From positions 1 to 60,541 of IMG/VR virus record IMGVR_UViG_3300012920_000041: a stretch of 60,541 nucleotides of DNA; one strand, given 5' to 3'. Position 1 is the stretch's first letter; each line of letters starts with the position of its first letter. The DNA is from a virus. Taxonomy: Duplodnaviria > Caudoviricetes. Below are positions 36,803 through 46,138 of the stretch, in pieces. The notes under the pieces are model-generated. The model was not told the DNA's origin. It saw only the letters and a program-made list of their open reading frames with translations, and did no database searches. A program made the position numbers and the translations under genes.

Positions 36803-39022
36803 TTATATTAATTTTGAAGTGATACCTTCGTTATTATATTTTTTAATTTGTATACTTGCCGGTTTAAAAATTCTTTTAGCTACAGGAGTGTATTTATTTT
36901 TATTACAAGCCATTATAGCTAAACCTGAACTTATAGATGCATCGTGTTTGGTTCTATTATTTAAATTAAATTTAGACCAATCATTTAAAGTTCTTATAAA
37001 AAACATATTTCCATAATTTTCATTGTTAAATCCAATATTTTCATCAATATAAGATTCAATTGCAGCTGCATGCGCTTGTTTCATATCCTCACTTGAGTTA
37101 GGAATTCCACCTATTTCTCTTTCTGTAATTGATAATTTAGATTTTAATTTATCAGGTCTATTCATAGAATATCCTCTATAACCTCTTCTTTTTAAATAAT
37201 ATAATAAACGTGGTTTATTATTTTCTGCAAGTATAGGCATTCCATAAAAAACAAGAGCCATTAAAACATCTTCAAAAAATATTTCAGCATTATCGGGTCT
37301 TGATATATATTCTAAAAAAAACATATTAATAGGAATATCTTCCATACTAAATTTACTTAACCCATGTAACGCGCCTTTTGATCCTCTTCCATCCACAGTG
37401 CCTGAAATATCATAACTATCACAACCAAAGGCACCAAGATGCTCATTTCCTGGATATTTTAAACCGTTTTTTAAAATAATTTTATTTTGTAAATGCCCAG
37501 GGGGAACCCATGATATATAAAATCTTCCTTTATTATTTGGAATAAATATTACACTTGTGTCTTTAACTCCATTTATCCATTGAAAATTACCTTGAGTAAT
37601 TAAATTTTCATATTTAGTTTCTTCTAAATAATCTATTTGCTCATAAATTTTTGTTAAATTAAATAAAGATTGTTTAGTTTCATCTCTAAATGCATGTTGA
37701 ACTGTTCTAGGGAATTGTCTATAAAATTCATTTAACGCATCTTGATCTGACTTTAAACCATCAACTTCATTAAGCCAATGGTCTATTACACCTATATCTA
37801 TTTCGGTATTGTCAATGCTTGATATTGGCTTTTCGGGGTTATCGAAGACAGGTAATCCAAACATATCAATGAATCCTTCGTAATTCCATTCCATAGGAAT
37901 GAACAAAGAATATAATCCTGAGCCAGTCTGTCCATTACGGTTTCTATTTCTAACGTCTGAGTTTTCATAAATTTTTTTAAAATTATCCCCTCCTTTATCT
38001 AAAGAGTTTGATGTAGATCCCATCATACATTTGCCTACAATTTTACTCCCTAGTCTTAAGGTTGTTTTTGTAACTCGCCAATTATTAATTATATTATCTG
38101 GTCTTTCCCATTTACCTGATTCATCATGAGCTAATAATTTTAATTTTTCTCCATCATAAGAATTATCACCCGTGTTTTTCCAATCAATAGTAGTATCAAG
38201 CCCGTCAATTTCTTGTAATTGTTCGCCTATTTCTATCTTGCGTCGAGTTAATTTGGAGGCTGGAACTCGGTAAGCAAGCTCTGTCTTGGGGCGATCCATT
38301 CCGTCTTGCACGGGCTTGAAAAAGAAAGGGTAATTAACACTGATTGGGACAACTTTATCGGTAAACATTTTTTTAGCATCAGCCCCTGTTTTTGATAATA
38401 TTCCAAATCTTGAATCTGAAGATACTGTCGCTTGGTTGACCAATTCAGATGAGGCCATAAAGCTAAATCCAGACCGTCTGTTTTTGAGATAGCATATTCC
38501 ATAACATCTTTTGTCTGCTTTACAGGCTTCCCAAAAAATAAAGAATAGCCTATTGGACTCACGAAATTCAGCAGAACCAACGTCAATTTTAGTCCACTGC
38601 AAGTACATATAATGAGAACCAGAAATATAAGTAGGTTTTTGATTATTATAAAACGCAAATCCTTCATCCCTTCTTTTAAATTCGTTATCTATATAATCAT
38701 ACCATTGTTCTTTAAAACTATCAGGATAAGTATTCCATTCAAATACAGTTTTAATTTTTTCTAATGGCTTTGGATATGGTATTTTTTCCCAGTACTGTTC
38801 AGAAGATTTTTTTGATCTTTTATAAATATTTTTAAGTAATGGTAATGCTATTTTTAAATTTTGTATTTCATATATTTCACCTATTTGTCCAGTTTTACTA
38901 ATTATAACTATATCATGTTCTTTGTTATAACCGTATTTCCATTGCTTTTTATTATTATATTTTTTAACAATGTTAGGTTTAATATAATTGTCTAAAACTT
39001 TATATAAATCTTGTCTATACAT
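36803..39022 (-). CDS. terL: Terminase large subunit
   Basis: KNRRSGFS Walker A-like, LLAHDESGKW Walker B, MGST, nuclease FGCDSYD, LAENN, HDASIS. Confidence 0.88.
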   Translation of the reverse strand: MYRQDLYKVLDNYIKPNIVKKYNNKKQWKYGYNKEHDIVIISKTGQIGEIYEIQNLKIALPLLKNIYKRSKKSSEQYWEKIPYPKPLEKIKTVFEWNTYPDSFKEQWYDYIDNEFKRRDEGFAFYNNQKPTYISGSHYMYLQWTKIDVGSAEFRESNRLFFIFWEACKADKRCYGICYLKNRRSGFSFMASSELVNQATVSSDSRFGILSKTGADAKKMFTDKVVPISVNYPFFFKPVQDGMDRPKTELAYRVPASKLTRRKIEIGEQLQEIDGLDTTIDWKNTGDNSYDGEKLKLLAHDESGKWERPDNIINNWRVTKTTLRLGSKIVGKCMMGSTSNSLDKGGDNFKKIYENSDVRNRNRNGQTGSGLYSLFIPMEWNYEGFIDMFGLPVFDNPEKPISSIDNTEIDIGVIDHWLNEVDGLKSDQDALNEFYRQFPRTVQHAFRDETKQSLFNLTKIYEQIDYLEETKYENLITQGNFQWINGVKDTSVIFIPNNKGRFYISWVPPGHLQNKIILKNGLKYPGNEHLGAFGCDSYDISGTVDGRGSKGALHGLSKFSMEDIPINMFFLEYISRPDNAEIFFEDVLMALVFYGMPILAENNKPRLLYYLKRRGYRGYSMNRPDKLKSKLSITEREIGGIPNSSEDMKQAHAAAIESYIDENIGFNNENYGNMFFIRTLNDWSKFNLNNRTKHDASISSGLAIMACNKNKYTPVAKRIFKPASIQIKKYNNEGITSKLI

Positions 39023-39294
39023 TACTTAGCTCTACTTTCAGCAAATCCTCCAAATTTTATTTTATTAGAATCACTATCTTTTAAAATATTTTTTTCTTGT
39101 TCAATTCGAGTAAGTATTTCAAAAGCATCAAATATTGCAAGTTTTTTAGTTGCTGCTGCATTTTTTAATCTATCTGCAGCTAAATCTTCAGAAGCATCAT
39201 TAACTATAATTTCTTCTTCGGCTACTTTAATTAATTCTTCAACCGCTTTTTGCCCAGCTTGGATTATATTCTGTTTGATTTTTTTGCTGTTCAT
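39022..39294 (-). CDS. Putative terminase small subunit
   Basis: Small helical protein translationally coupled to terL. Confidence 0.5.
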   Translation of the reverse strand: MNSKKIKQNIIQAGQKAVEELIKVAEEEIIVNDASEDLAADRLKNAAATKKLAIFDAFEILTRIEQEKNILKDSDSNKIKFGGFAESRAK

Positions 39295-39844
39295 ATTTAA
39301 TTACAATATCATTTGATTTCATACAGTATAAAAACTCATCATCAATTAAAAATTCAAATTCTGAATTTGGTGTAAAGCCTACACAGTCTCCAGATTTAAT
39401 TTTAAGCTTATTTAAAGAGCTATTGTCATATTTTAATATACCAATATTATCTTGTAATTTTTGAAGCTTTAAATTGTCTTTATTTATTATCGGCTTAACA
39501 AAACACCTATCTCCAAAACTTTTCCAACCAGTTCCATCGTTATATAAATATATTTGATCTATTTGACAAAAATATTTATTGTTATTAAAATATTTGCTAC
39601 TATTTTTTTCTTTGCCTCTTATATCATAATATCTTCTAAAAACATTATGATGAATCATTAATTTATAACCTGGTTTAATTGCCGTTTTATAAGCTAAAGG
39701 AACTGCAATAACTTTAGCTAGTTTATTTATAAATTTAAAAGACTCAATACTAGTATTTAAAATTAAAGTTTTATCATTAATTTGTTTTTTATTATTATAC
39801 CTATCCCCTATAGGCTCAACAATAAAATCAAAAATACTATTCAT
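39239..39844 (-). CDS. Protein with tandem GroES-like domains
   Basis: Two segments (FIVEP...AKVIAVP...IKPG and DRCFVKP...GILKY...IKSGDCVGF...IDDEFLYCMKSNDI) resemble the Cpn10 pattern. Confidence 0.5.
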   Translation of the reverse strand: MNSIFDFIVEPIGDRYNNKKQINDKTLILNTSIESFKFINKLAKVIAVPLAYKTAIKPGYKLMIHHNVFRRYYDIRGKEKNSSKYFNNNKYFCQIDQIYLYNDGTGWKSFGDRCFVKPIINKDNLKLQKLQDNIGILKYDNSSLNKLKIKSGDCVGFTPNSEFEFLIDDEFLYCMKSNDIVIKYEQQKNQTEYNPSWAKSG

Positions 39845-40067
39845 ATTCTAAATTATATTCTATTGATACGGCCATATTACTATTGAACTTTTTCCATGGC
39901 AACACCTCTTCCTTTTTTTTAATATATATATTATAAGAATTATCAGAATCGTCAAATATGATGTAAGCTATTTTATGACCCCCATAAACTTCTTGTCCTA
40001 AAGAGTAATGCATAGCGTCATTTTTATAATCAGACCCAATACTGATTTTTCTTATAATATTAGACAT
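39837..40067 (-). CDS. Hypothetical protein
   Basis: 76-aa ORF coupled to neighbours. Confidence 0.7.
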   Translation of the reverse strand: MSNIIRKISIGSDYKNDAMHYSLGQEVYGGHKIAYIIFDDSDNSYNIYIKKKEEVLPWKKFNSNMAVSIEYNLEYE

Positions 40068-40329
40068 TTTTATTCTCTTCTACTTTATTTTCTTGTTTCA
40101 CAGGTTTATATATTCCTGTCTCAAGATCAATAGTTACAGCCCCGTATTTTTCTTCTAATTCTTTTTTATGATCTTCGTTTTCTTTTATTAAGCCAGCGTA
40201 ATCGTGTAATAAAAGATGTTTTTGATTTTCAACATGCCCAATATCTCTTAAAAGATTATTCATTGTTAGTTGATGATCTTTAATTTTTTTAAGTTCTTCT
40301 TCTGTAATTTTTTTTTCTACGTTACTCAT
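40060..40329 (-). CDS. Coiled-coil protein
   Basis: Heptad pattern ending LEEKYG.V.IDLETG. Confidence 0.7.
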   Translation of the reverse strand: MSNVEKKITEEELKKIKDHQLTMNNLLRDIGHVENQKHLLLHDYAGLIKENEDHKKELEEKYGAVTIDLETGIYKPVKQENKVEENKNV

Positions 40330-40354
40330 TTGATTAAATTTAAATTAATTTTTA

Positions 40355-40939
40355 TTAAAATAAAGCTATTAAGCTTGTTACGGTAGTCGCCGCATCGGTA
40401 TTATGTATTGTTTTACATGTTATAGGTAAAAAAGTATTTGCGGTTAATCCCGTTATAGTTATTGCATTAGTATCTTCAGCCAATGTTACTTTAACGTTTC
40501 CACTTGAACCTACATATATAGAAGGTAATCTACCATCAAAATCACCATTTGGTTTTTCTAAATCCGCCCCTGCTAATGTTGCAGTAACAGAACCTGTTAT
40601 TGTTGATACACCAAATGCTAAGTTTAATGAGGCTGTATTAAAAATAATAGTTTCGCCTGATGTACCAACATTAGGCCCTTGATCTATAGGTTTAATAGAT
40701 GCTATTGCTCCCGCTCCATCAGAAGTTATTAAAAATTTTGCTCCTGTATGTTGGGCATTTGATGCTGCACCAGTATAAGTACCACCAGATGCATATGCTA
40801 TGGCTGATGTAGTAGCCGGCGCGCTAGCAGCTGTATTACTAGATAAATTACTTAAATTTTGTGCTTTTAATGTTTGCTCTGCCAACATATCAATTGCGCT
40901 TACAGCAAAATCACTAAAATTTTTTTGATAACTTCCCAT
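40355..40939 (-). CDS. Putative structural protein
   Basis: A/T/S/G-rich beta protein; IYVGSSGNVKV. Confidence 0.55.
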   Translation of the reverse strand: MGSYQKNFSDFAVSAIDMLAEQTLKAQNLSNLSSNTAASAPATTSAIAYASGGTYTGAASNAQHTGAKFLITSDGAGAIASIKPIDQGPNVGTSGETIIFNTASLNLAFGVSTITGSVTATLAGADLEKPNGDFDGRLPSIYVGSSGNVKVTLAEDTNAITITGLTANTFLPITCKTIHNTDAATTVTSLIALF

Positions 40940-40940
40940 T

Positions 40941-41321
40941 TTATTTTGTTTTATCTTTTACTTTTTCAAATGTTCTAAGACCGCCTAAACCTAGCATACC
41001 TAGTAATACGGTCATTAAATGTTCCATTTGTAATGCTGGCGGAACATCTTGCGGCTCTAAAGCCCAAATAAATAAATCTCTAATTATAAAATTATAAGCT
41101 AAAGCTACACCGCATACCCAACCAATAAACGGTCTCCAGCCAGCAACAAATACTGTTCTATGCCCCGCTTCAATTTCATTTATTTTAGTTTGTATAGATA
41201 TAAGCTCATTTGGATCTAACTCTTTTCCTTTAATAGCTTCTCTTATTTCCCAGGCTAAATTACCTGCTACAGACTTTCGGCCATTACCACCTTTTAAAAG
41301 TCCGAATAAAAACTTTAACAT
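40941..41321 (-). CDS. Holin (3TM / GTA-holin-like family)
   Basis: GWRPFIGWVCG and LLGMLGLGGLRTFEK signature. Confidence 0.8.
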   Translation of the reverse strand: MLKFLFGLLKGGNGRKSVAGNLAWEIREAIKGKELDPNELISIQTKINEIEAGHRTVFVAGWRPFIGWVCGVALAYNFIIRDLFIWALEPQDVPPALQMEHLMTVLLGMLGLGGLRTFEKVKDKTK

Positions 41322-41325
41322 TTAA

Positions 41326-41634
41326 TTAAACTGTATTATATGCTTCTTTTTCCCAAGGTAAATTTTTGTTTCCTTCTTTCATTTTACTTCTTGGGTATAT
41401 TTTTCCTTTCCAATAAACATTTTTATCATCATAATCTAAATCACCTCTACGAAATTGATCTATATGTACCATTTCATGTTTAATAACACTACCCCTTTTA
41501 TTAGGATCTAATCTACTATTAATTAAAATAGTTTGATTATTATTTGCTTTACCTAAAGTATCATCACCTAAATCGGTAAGATAAATAGGCACCCCTAAAT
41601 CTTTATATGGAGGATTATTTAGTTTAAACGCCAT
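41326..41634 (-). CDS. Small zincin-like metallopeptidase
   Basis: HEMVH plus distal PWEKEAY. Confidence 0.7.
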   Translation of the reverse strand: MAFKLNNPPYKDLGVPIYLTDLGDDTLGKANNNQTILINSRLDPNKRGSVIKHEMVHIDQFRRGDLDYDDKNVYWKGKIYPRSKMKEGNKNLPWEKEAYNTV

Positions 41635-41788
41635 CTGGTCTATATGGAAATTTTTTATTAAACCATTCTTTTCTAGCAGAACAGCCGCAAGGGATATTTA
41701 ATCCCTCGCTGACTCGATCTACTATTGATTTAATACCGGTTACAGTAGTGAATTTTTCAATATCATCACCTAAACCTTTTGATTTCAT
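41624..41788 (-). CDS. Small CGC-motif protein (54 aa, not in ORF track)
   Basis: MKSKGLGDDIEKFTTVTGIK...PCGCSARKEWFN. Confidence 0.7.
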   Translation of the reverse strand: MKSKGLGDDIEKFTTVTGIKSIVDRVSEGLNIPCGCSARKEWFNKKFPYRPDGV

Positions 41789-41790
41789 AA

Positions 41791-42093
41791 TTAAGCTACT
41801 GCTATTGCTGTAATTTCAATATCTGAAGCTAACTGAACCGTTGCAACTACTCCTCCTGGATTAGCAGTCAGTGCGCTATTAATTGCAGCTGCAATATCTG
41901 CACCTTTTGTTGAATCAGTAAGTGTAACATAAGAACTTGCGTCCTGAAAAAATATTGTTGCTTCATTTGCATTAATTGCACTGTTTGAACCTTTTTTAAC
42001 TAATGCAATTTGATCTACTCCTATAAGTATATCAACTGTATAGTTTAAACTAGATGCTAAGTTTTCTTTTTTAATCTTAATAAATTTTGCCAT
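41791..42093 (-). CDS. Hypothetical, possibly structural protein
   Basis: 100-aa ORF, AINSALTANPGG. Confidence 0.6.
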   Translation of the reverse strand: MAKFIKIKKENLASSLNYTVDILIGVDQIALVKKGSNSAINANEATIFFQDASSYVTLTDSTKGADIAAAINSALTANPGGVVATVQLASDIEITAIAVA

Positions 42094-42126
42094 GTTTTTA
42101 AATTTTGTTGTTGTTAATGTTTGTGT

Positions 42127-42822
42127 TTAGCTTTTTCTACCAAAGGTAACTCTACTTTTCATTTTAACTGGAGACTTATGCCCCATTTTAGCAGGGCTTT
42201 TATGCCCCATTTTAGCAGGACTTTTATGTCCCATTTGAGCTGGAGATTTATGACTCATTTTTGGTCCTTTTGAATAATCTCTTGGTGCGGATCTTCTTAA
42301 ATCACCTTTATTACCGCCATATTTTTGTTCTTTAATAGGAGTTTTTTTCATATCTATAGGGTTTTTTTTCATTGAAGGTACTGCTGACTTATCATCTATT
42401 GTTTTATTTTGATTTTTTAAATTTTGTTGATAAGTTTTACTTCTTGGATCATCTTCTCTTCTTCTCGGATATTGATCTCTTAAATCTGCTTGTGGATGAT
42501 ATTCATTTGGGTCTAAATTTCTTGGGTTAGGTCTTTTGTCTTTTAACATTATAGGATTAGTTTCCATGTTAACTCCTTCCGTTCCTTGCCCCGCAATATC
42601 TTCAACTGGCATATATTTTAAATCATCATCCATTTTTTTTGTAGGCGCATTTGGATCTCCCATTAAACTCATCCCTCTAGAATATCTAGGGTGATTTCCT
42701 GTATATTCTCCTGAATGTCCTTTTCGGGTATCGTGCTCATAATTTTCTAAATAATGCAACCGCTCTTTACCACTAAGCTTTTTATTATAAGCTTCTTTTA
42801 AGTTATACTTTACTGCGTTCAT
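42127..42822 (-). CDS. Low-complexity basic protein with MGHKSPAK repeats
   Basis: 231 aa, disordered composition. Confidence 0.7.
   Translation of the reverse strand: MNAVKYNLKEAYNKKLSGKERLHYLENYEHDTRKGHSGEYTGNHPRYSRGMSLMGDPNAPTKKMDDDLKYMPVEDIAGQGTEGVNMETNPIMLKDKRPNPRNLDPNEYHPQADLRDQYPRRREDDPRSKTYQQNLKNQNKTIDDKSAVPSMKKNPIDMKKTPIKEQKYGGNKGDLRRSAPRDYSKGPKMSHKSPAQMGHKSPAKMGHKSPAKMGHKSPVKMKSRVTFGRKS
42159..42260. repeat. 24-nt coding tandem repeat, about four copies (M[GS]HKSP[AV][KQ])
   Basis: Seen in DNA and translation. Confidence 0.85.
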
Positions 42823-42851
42823 TTTTTTTAAATTTTTAGTTAACTAATTAA

Positions 42852-43166
42852 TTAACAGTTCCAACGACGTCTCGCTGCTCTGCCTCTTTTTGACTTCCAT
42901 CCTTTAGATCTTGCACAAAAAGATTTTCTTCTTTTCCAAGCTTTACTTCCTCGTTTTAATTTTTTTGGATCAGTAGTTACTGCTGTTTTTAGCTTACTGC
43001 CTGGATTATCTTTTCTATATTTTTTAACACCTTTTTCCGACATACCTCCACCAGCAGCAGCCCCTGTTCCTGTGTCTTTAGCTTTATTATAATAACCTAA
43101 TGATTTTTTTCTTGACGGTGCATTTCCTTTTTTTAAAAAAGGCGAATTATTTTGTACATAAGTCAT
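42852..43166 (-). CDS. Small basic protein
   Basis: NPGSKLKTAVT...RRKSFCARS...RRRWNC. Confidence 0.75.
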   Translation of the reverse strand: MTYVQNNSPFLKKGNAPSRKKSLGYYNKAKDTGTGAAAGGGMSEKGVKKYRKDNPGSKLKTAVTTDPKKLKRGSKAWKRRKSFCARSKGWKSKRGRAARRRWNC

Positions 43167-43171
43167 TATAA

Positions 43172-43318
43172 TTATTTTTTAATATTCCACCATTTTGTTA
43201 AAGTATAACCTATAGTTACTAATAATAAAATTATTTTAAGCCACCATTCTATATTCATCATTGTTACTCCCAAAGTAATAGAATTTATAGTGTATAATTT
43301 TGCGTCTGAAAAACTCAT
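43172..43318 (-). CDS. Small membrane protein, possibly holin-like (48 aa, not in ORF track)
   Basis: MSFSDAKLYTINSITLGVTMMNIEWWLKIILLLVTIGYTLTKWWNIKK. Confidence 0.6.
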   Translation of the reverse strand: MSFSDAKLYTINSITLGVTMMNIEWWLKIILLLVTIGYTLTKWWNIKK

Positions 43319-43320
43319 AG

Positions 43321-43524
43321 CTATACACTTACTGACTTAGCTCTTTGAGTTATTGGCCCCGCTTTATATAATACGCCCGCTTTTTTTAATTGCATAGGTG
43401 TGATGCCAGAACTTGAGCCATCTTCTACTGGAAATCCTTTAGTGTCCATAGGGCCACTCCATAGTGCATTTGCTCCAACTACACCTTCTTCGGCGCGAAT
43501 TACTGCTGATGTTTTATGTCTCAT
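43321..43524 (-). CDS. Hypothetical protein
   Basis: 67-aa ORF in a packed operon. Confidence 0.6.
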   Translation of the reverse strand: MRHKTSAVIRAEEGVVGANALWSGPMDTKGFPVEDGSSSGITPMQLKKAGVLYKAGPITQRAKSVSV

Positions 43525-43525
43525 A

Positions 43526-43972
43526 TTATCTATATTTATCTTTATTTACATAATATATTGATTTTGTTAAAACTTTATCAATATAAGTTTTTCCTTTAAT
43601 TATTTTATTTCTTTTTGTGCTTGTAGGTATATCTATTTCTCCTAATATAATTTTATAAATTGTATTTATTAATTTTTTACTTTTAAAAGTAACGCAGTAT
43701 ATATTATATTTTTGAGATGTTCGATTACGTTCTCTCCATACTTTTATCCAGCCATCTTTAAGAAGCTTATTCCATCTTCTATTATTCCAACTATAAGAAT
43801 AAGTACCTTTTTTAAAATCTATTTTTGTAAATAAATCTATACAATGTAAATATATTAAAAGCTCTAAATCTGGCTCATTTAAATTATTGTTTTTTGAGGC
43901 CCATTTTCTAATAATTCTATAATGTTTAAAAATATTTAATTCTTTTAAATCATTAGCCTCTAAACGCTTCAT
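43526..43972 (-). CDS. Putative winged-helix (MarR-like) protein
   Basis: NLNEPDLELLIYL...LLKDGWIKV...Y.VT.K.K pattern. Confidence 0.45.
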   Translation of the reverse strand: MKRLEANDLKELNIFKHYRIIRKWASKNNNLNEPDLELLIYLHCIDLFTKIDFKKGTYSYSWNNRRWNKLLKDGWIKVWRERNRTSQKYNIYCVTFKSKKLINTIYKIILGEIDIPTSTKRNKIIKGKTYIDKVLTKSIYYVNKDKYR

Positions 43973-44229
43973 AGCACAATAACTACATCTTGCATTTTAA
44001 TTACTTGGTATATATTTTTATTATACTCAATATCATGCCCAGCATGCTTATCATAAAAAATATTATCAGATTTATTTATACCTACCACCTCCGAGCCTAT
44101 AGAAATAACTTTTGCTTTATTATATCTTAAATCTTCTCTTGTTTTTTCAGTAAGTAATAATCCTCCTTTAGTTTTTGATATTCCTTGCTTTTCTTTTTGT
44201 ATAATTATATTTTTACCCACCGCTTTCAT
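43969..44229 (-). CDS. groES: Co-chaperonin GroES
   Basis: KTKGGLLL mobile loop, AKVISIG, adjacent to groEL. Confidence 0.9.
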   Translation of the reverse strand: MKAVGKNIIIQKEKQGISKTKGGLLLTEKTREDLRYNKAKVISIGSEVVGINKSDNIFYDKHAGHDIEYNKNIYQVIKMQDVVIVL

Positions 44230-45766
44230 TTGTACGTAAATTATTAATTACACAATCAGTTGATAATATAGTAGTAGCTACAGAAGCCGCATTTTTTAAT
44301 GCTGTTTTAGTAACTAGTAATGGATCTATAATGCCAAATTCAATCATATTAACTTTATTACCTGAAATTACATCTATGCCCCATCCATTTTTAGAATTAT
44401 AATTTAAAGGTAAATTTGCATTATCTAAAATAGTGTTATACGGTGCAGCTATTGAATCTAATAATATTTGTTCTGCAGTATTTTTTGCAATTATATTTTT
44501 TGATGCATTTAATAATGCAACACCTCCACCTGGAACTATACCTTCTTTTATAGCCGCTTTAGTTGCAAATATTGCATCTTCTACTCTATCAGCTTTTTCT
44601 TGTAATTCAATACTAGTTTCAGCTCCAACTTTAACAGTTGCAATTTTAGCTGATAATGTAGCTAATCTTTTCTCTAATCTTTGTATTTCAGCAGTATTTT
44701 TTGTTTCAACAATTTGTTGTTTAACATTTTCAATAATACTTTTTACACTATCTTCTATTTCAGCAACTTTAATAATAGTTTCAGTATCTGTCGTTATAGA
44801 TTTTACACAATGCCCTAAAAATTCAGGCTGTATTAAATCCATATCATCCCCTAAATCTTCATTTACAATTTTAGCTTTAGTAAGTAACGCTAAATCTGCT
44901 AATGTATCTTTTTTTGACACACCATAAGTAGGTGCATTAATAATATTAATTTTAATATTACCTTTCATTTTATTCATAGCTAAAGTTGAAATTACTTTAG
45001 GATCAACATCAGCTATAATTAAAAGTGATTTATTATTTTTAATAACAAATTCTAATACAGATTGTATTTTTCTTATATTTTCTATTGGAGATTCAACAAT
45101 TAGTACTAAAGCATTTTCTAATTCAGCAACTCTTGTATCTTTTCGAGTTATAAAATTTGAATTAGTAAGTCCTTTATTATATTGAATACCATCAATTAAT
45201 TCAGATGTAGTTTCAGAATTTTCTGTAGTTTCCATTATTACTACACCTGTTTCATCTACTGATCTATAAGCATTGGCAATTATATTACCTAATTCAGTAT
45301 CATTATTTGTTGAAATTGTAGCTACTTGATCAATCATTTGGCCCGTAACTTTAACTGAATTTTTTTCTAAATATTTAATTACTTTATTTACAGCAGTGTC
45401 TATGCCTTCTTTAATTTTTCTTGGCCCTAAATTGGCTAATTCACTTCCTGCATTTTGTAAAATAGAATATGCTAAAACTGTAGCAGTAGTTGTTCCATCT
45501 CCAGCTTCTTTTACTGTTTTTTTAGCCGCTTCTTTAATTAATTTTGCTCCAATATTTTCTACTGAATCTAATAAAATTATAGAATCTGCAACTGTTACTC
45601 CATCTTTTGTAATAATAGGATTACCTTGGCTATCTTCTAAAATTACGCGTTTGCCGCTAGCTCCTAAAGTTGAACTAACGGCTTGCGTAAGTTTATTAAT
45701 ACCTTTAAATATTTTCTTTTTAGCTTCATCTCCAAAGCTAAGATTTTTGACTATCGCCTCTGTCAT
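44213..45766 (-). CDS. groEL: Chaperonin GroEL
   Basis: ITKDGVTVA, AGDGTTTATVLA, EGIVPGGG, GIIDP..VTK.AL.NA.S. Confidence 0.97.
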   Translation of the reverse strand: MTEAIVKNLSFGDEAKKKIFKGINKLTQAVSSTLGASGKRVILEDSQGNPIITKDGVTVADSIILLDSVENIGAKLIKEAAKKTVKEAGDGTTTATVLAYSILQNAGSELANLGPRKIKEGIDTAVNKVIKYLEKNSVKVTGQMIDQVATISTNNDTELGNIIANAYRSVDETGVVIMETTENSETTSELIDGIQYNKGLTNSNFITRKDTRVAELENALVLIVESPIENIRKIQSVLEFVIKNNKSLLIIADVDPKVISTLAMNKMKGNIKINIINAPTYGVSKKDTLADLALLTKAKIVNEDLGDDMDLIQPEFLGHCVKSITTDTETIIKVAEIEDSVKSIIENVKQQIVETKNTAEIQRLEKRLATLSAKIATVKVGAETSIELQEKADRVEDAIFATKAAIKEGIVPGGGVALLNASKNIIAKNTAEQILLDSIAAPYNTILDNANLPLNYNSKNGWGIDVISGNKVNMIEFGIIDPLLVTKTALKNAASVATTILSTDCVINNLRTNESGG

Positions 45767-45797
45767 GATTAAATTAAATTAAATTAAAATTATTATT

Positions 45798-46088
45798 TTA
45801 TTTAAAAGTTTTAACGACCTTGGGGCCATTTATAAATTCTAACTTTTTATTATAATGTTCTATTGATGCTTCAATAGCTTTTTCTGCACCTTCTATAGTT
45901 TCTCTACGCGTAACGTCATGCCAAATATCTTCATTATTAATGTCCTGATATTCAGTTTGATAAAAACCATTTGGGAGCTGTGTAATACGCCAATTTGCTT
46001 TTTCTACAATATGTTTCCAAAGCTTTAAGGTTTCATTGGAAATTTTTGGTTGACTAGACCAAGAATGAGTCTGATAAAATAGTGTCAT
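45798..46088 (-). CDS. Hypothetical protein
   Basis: 96-aa ORF preceded by a candidate late promoter. Confidence 0.7.
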   Translation of the reverse strand: MTLFYQTHSWSSQPKISNETLKLWKHIVEKANWRITQLPNGFYQTEYQDINNEDIWHDVTRRETIEGAEKAIEASIEHYNKKLEFINGPKVVKTFK

Positions 46089-46123
46089 AAGGTTTTGGTT
46101 TTAATTAATATAAAGGTTTATTT

Positions 46124-46134
46124 TATAATTACTT
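46124..46134 (-). promoter_or_regulatory. Candidate late promoter AAGTAATTATA
   Basis: Intergenic; related motifs at 24285, 30796 and 58313. Confidence 0.4.
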
Positions 46135-46138
46135 AGTT

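Noticed and set aside
44433-45782. Antisense ORFs over groEL, and similar ones at 2144, 10428, 13972, 31668, 54700 and 57256
   Set aside because: Shadow frames of well-supported opposite-strand genes, without motifs or leaders
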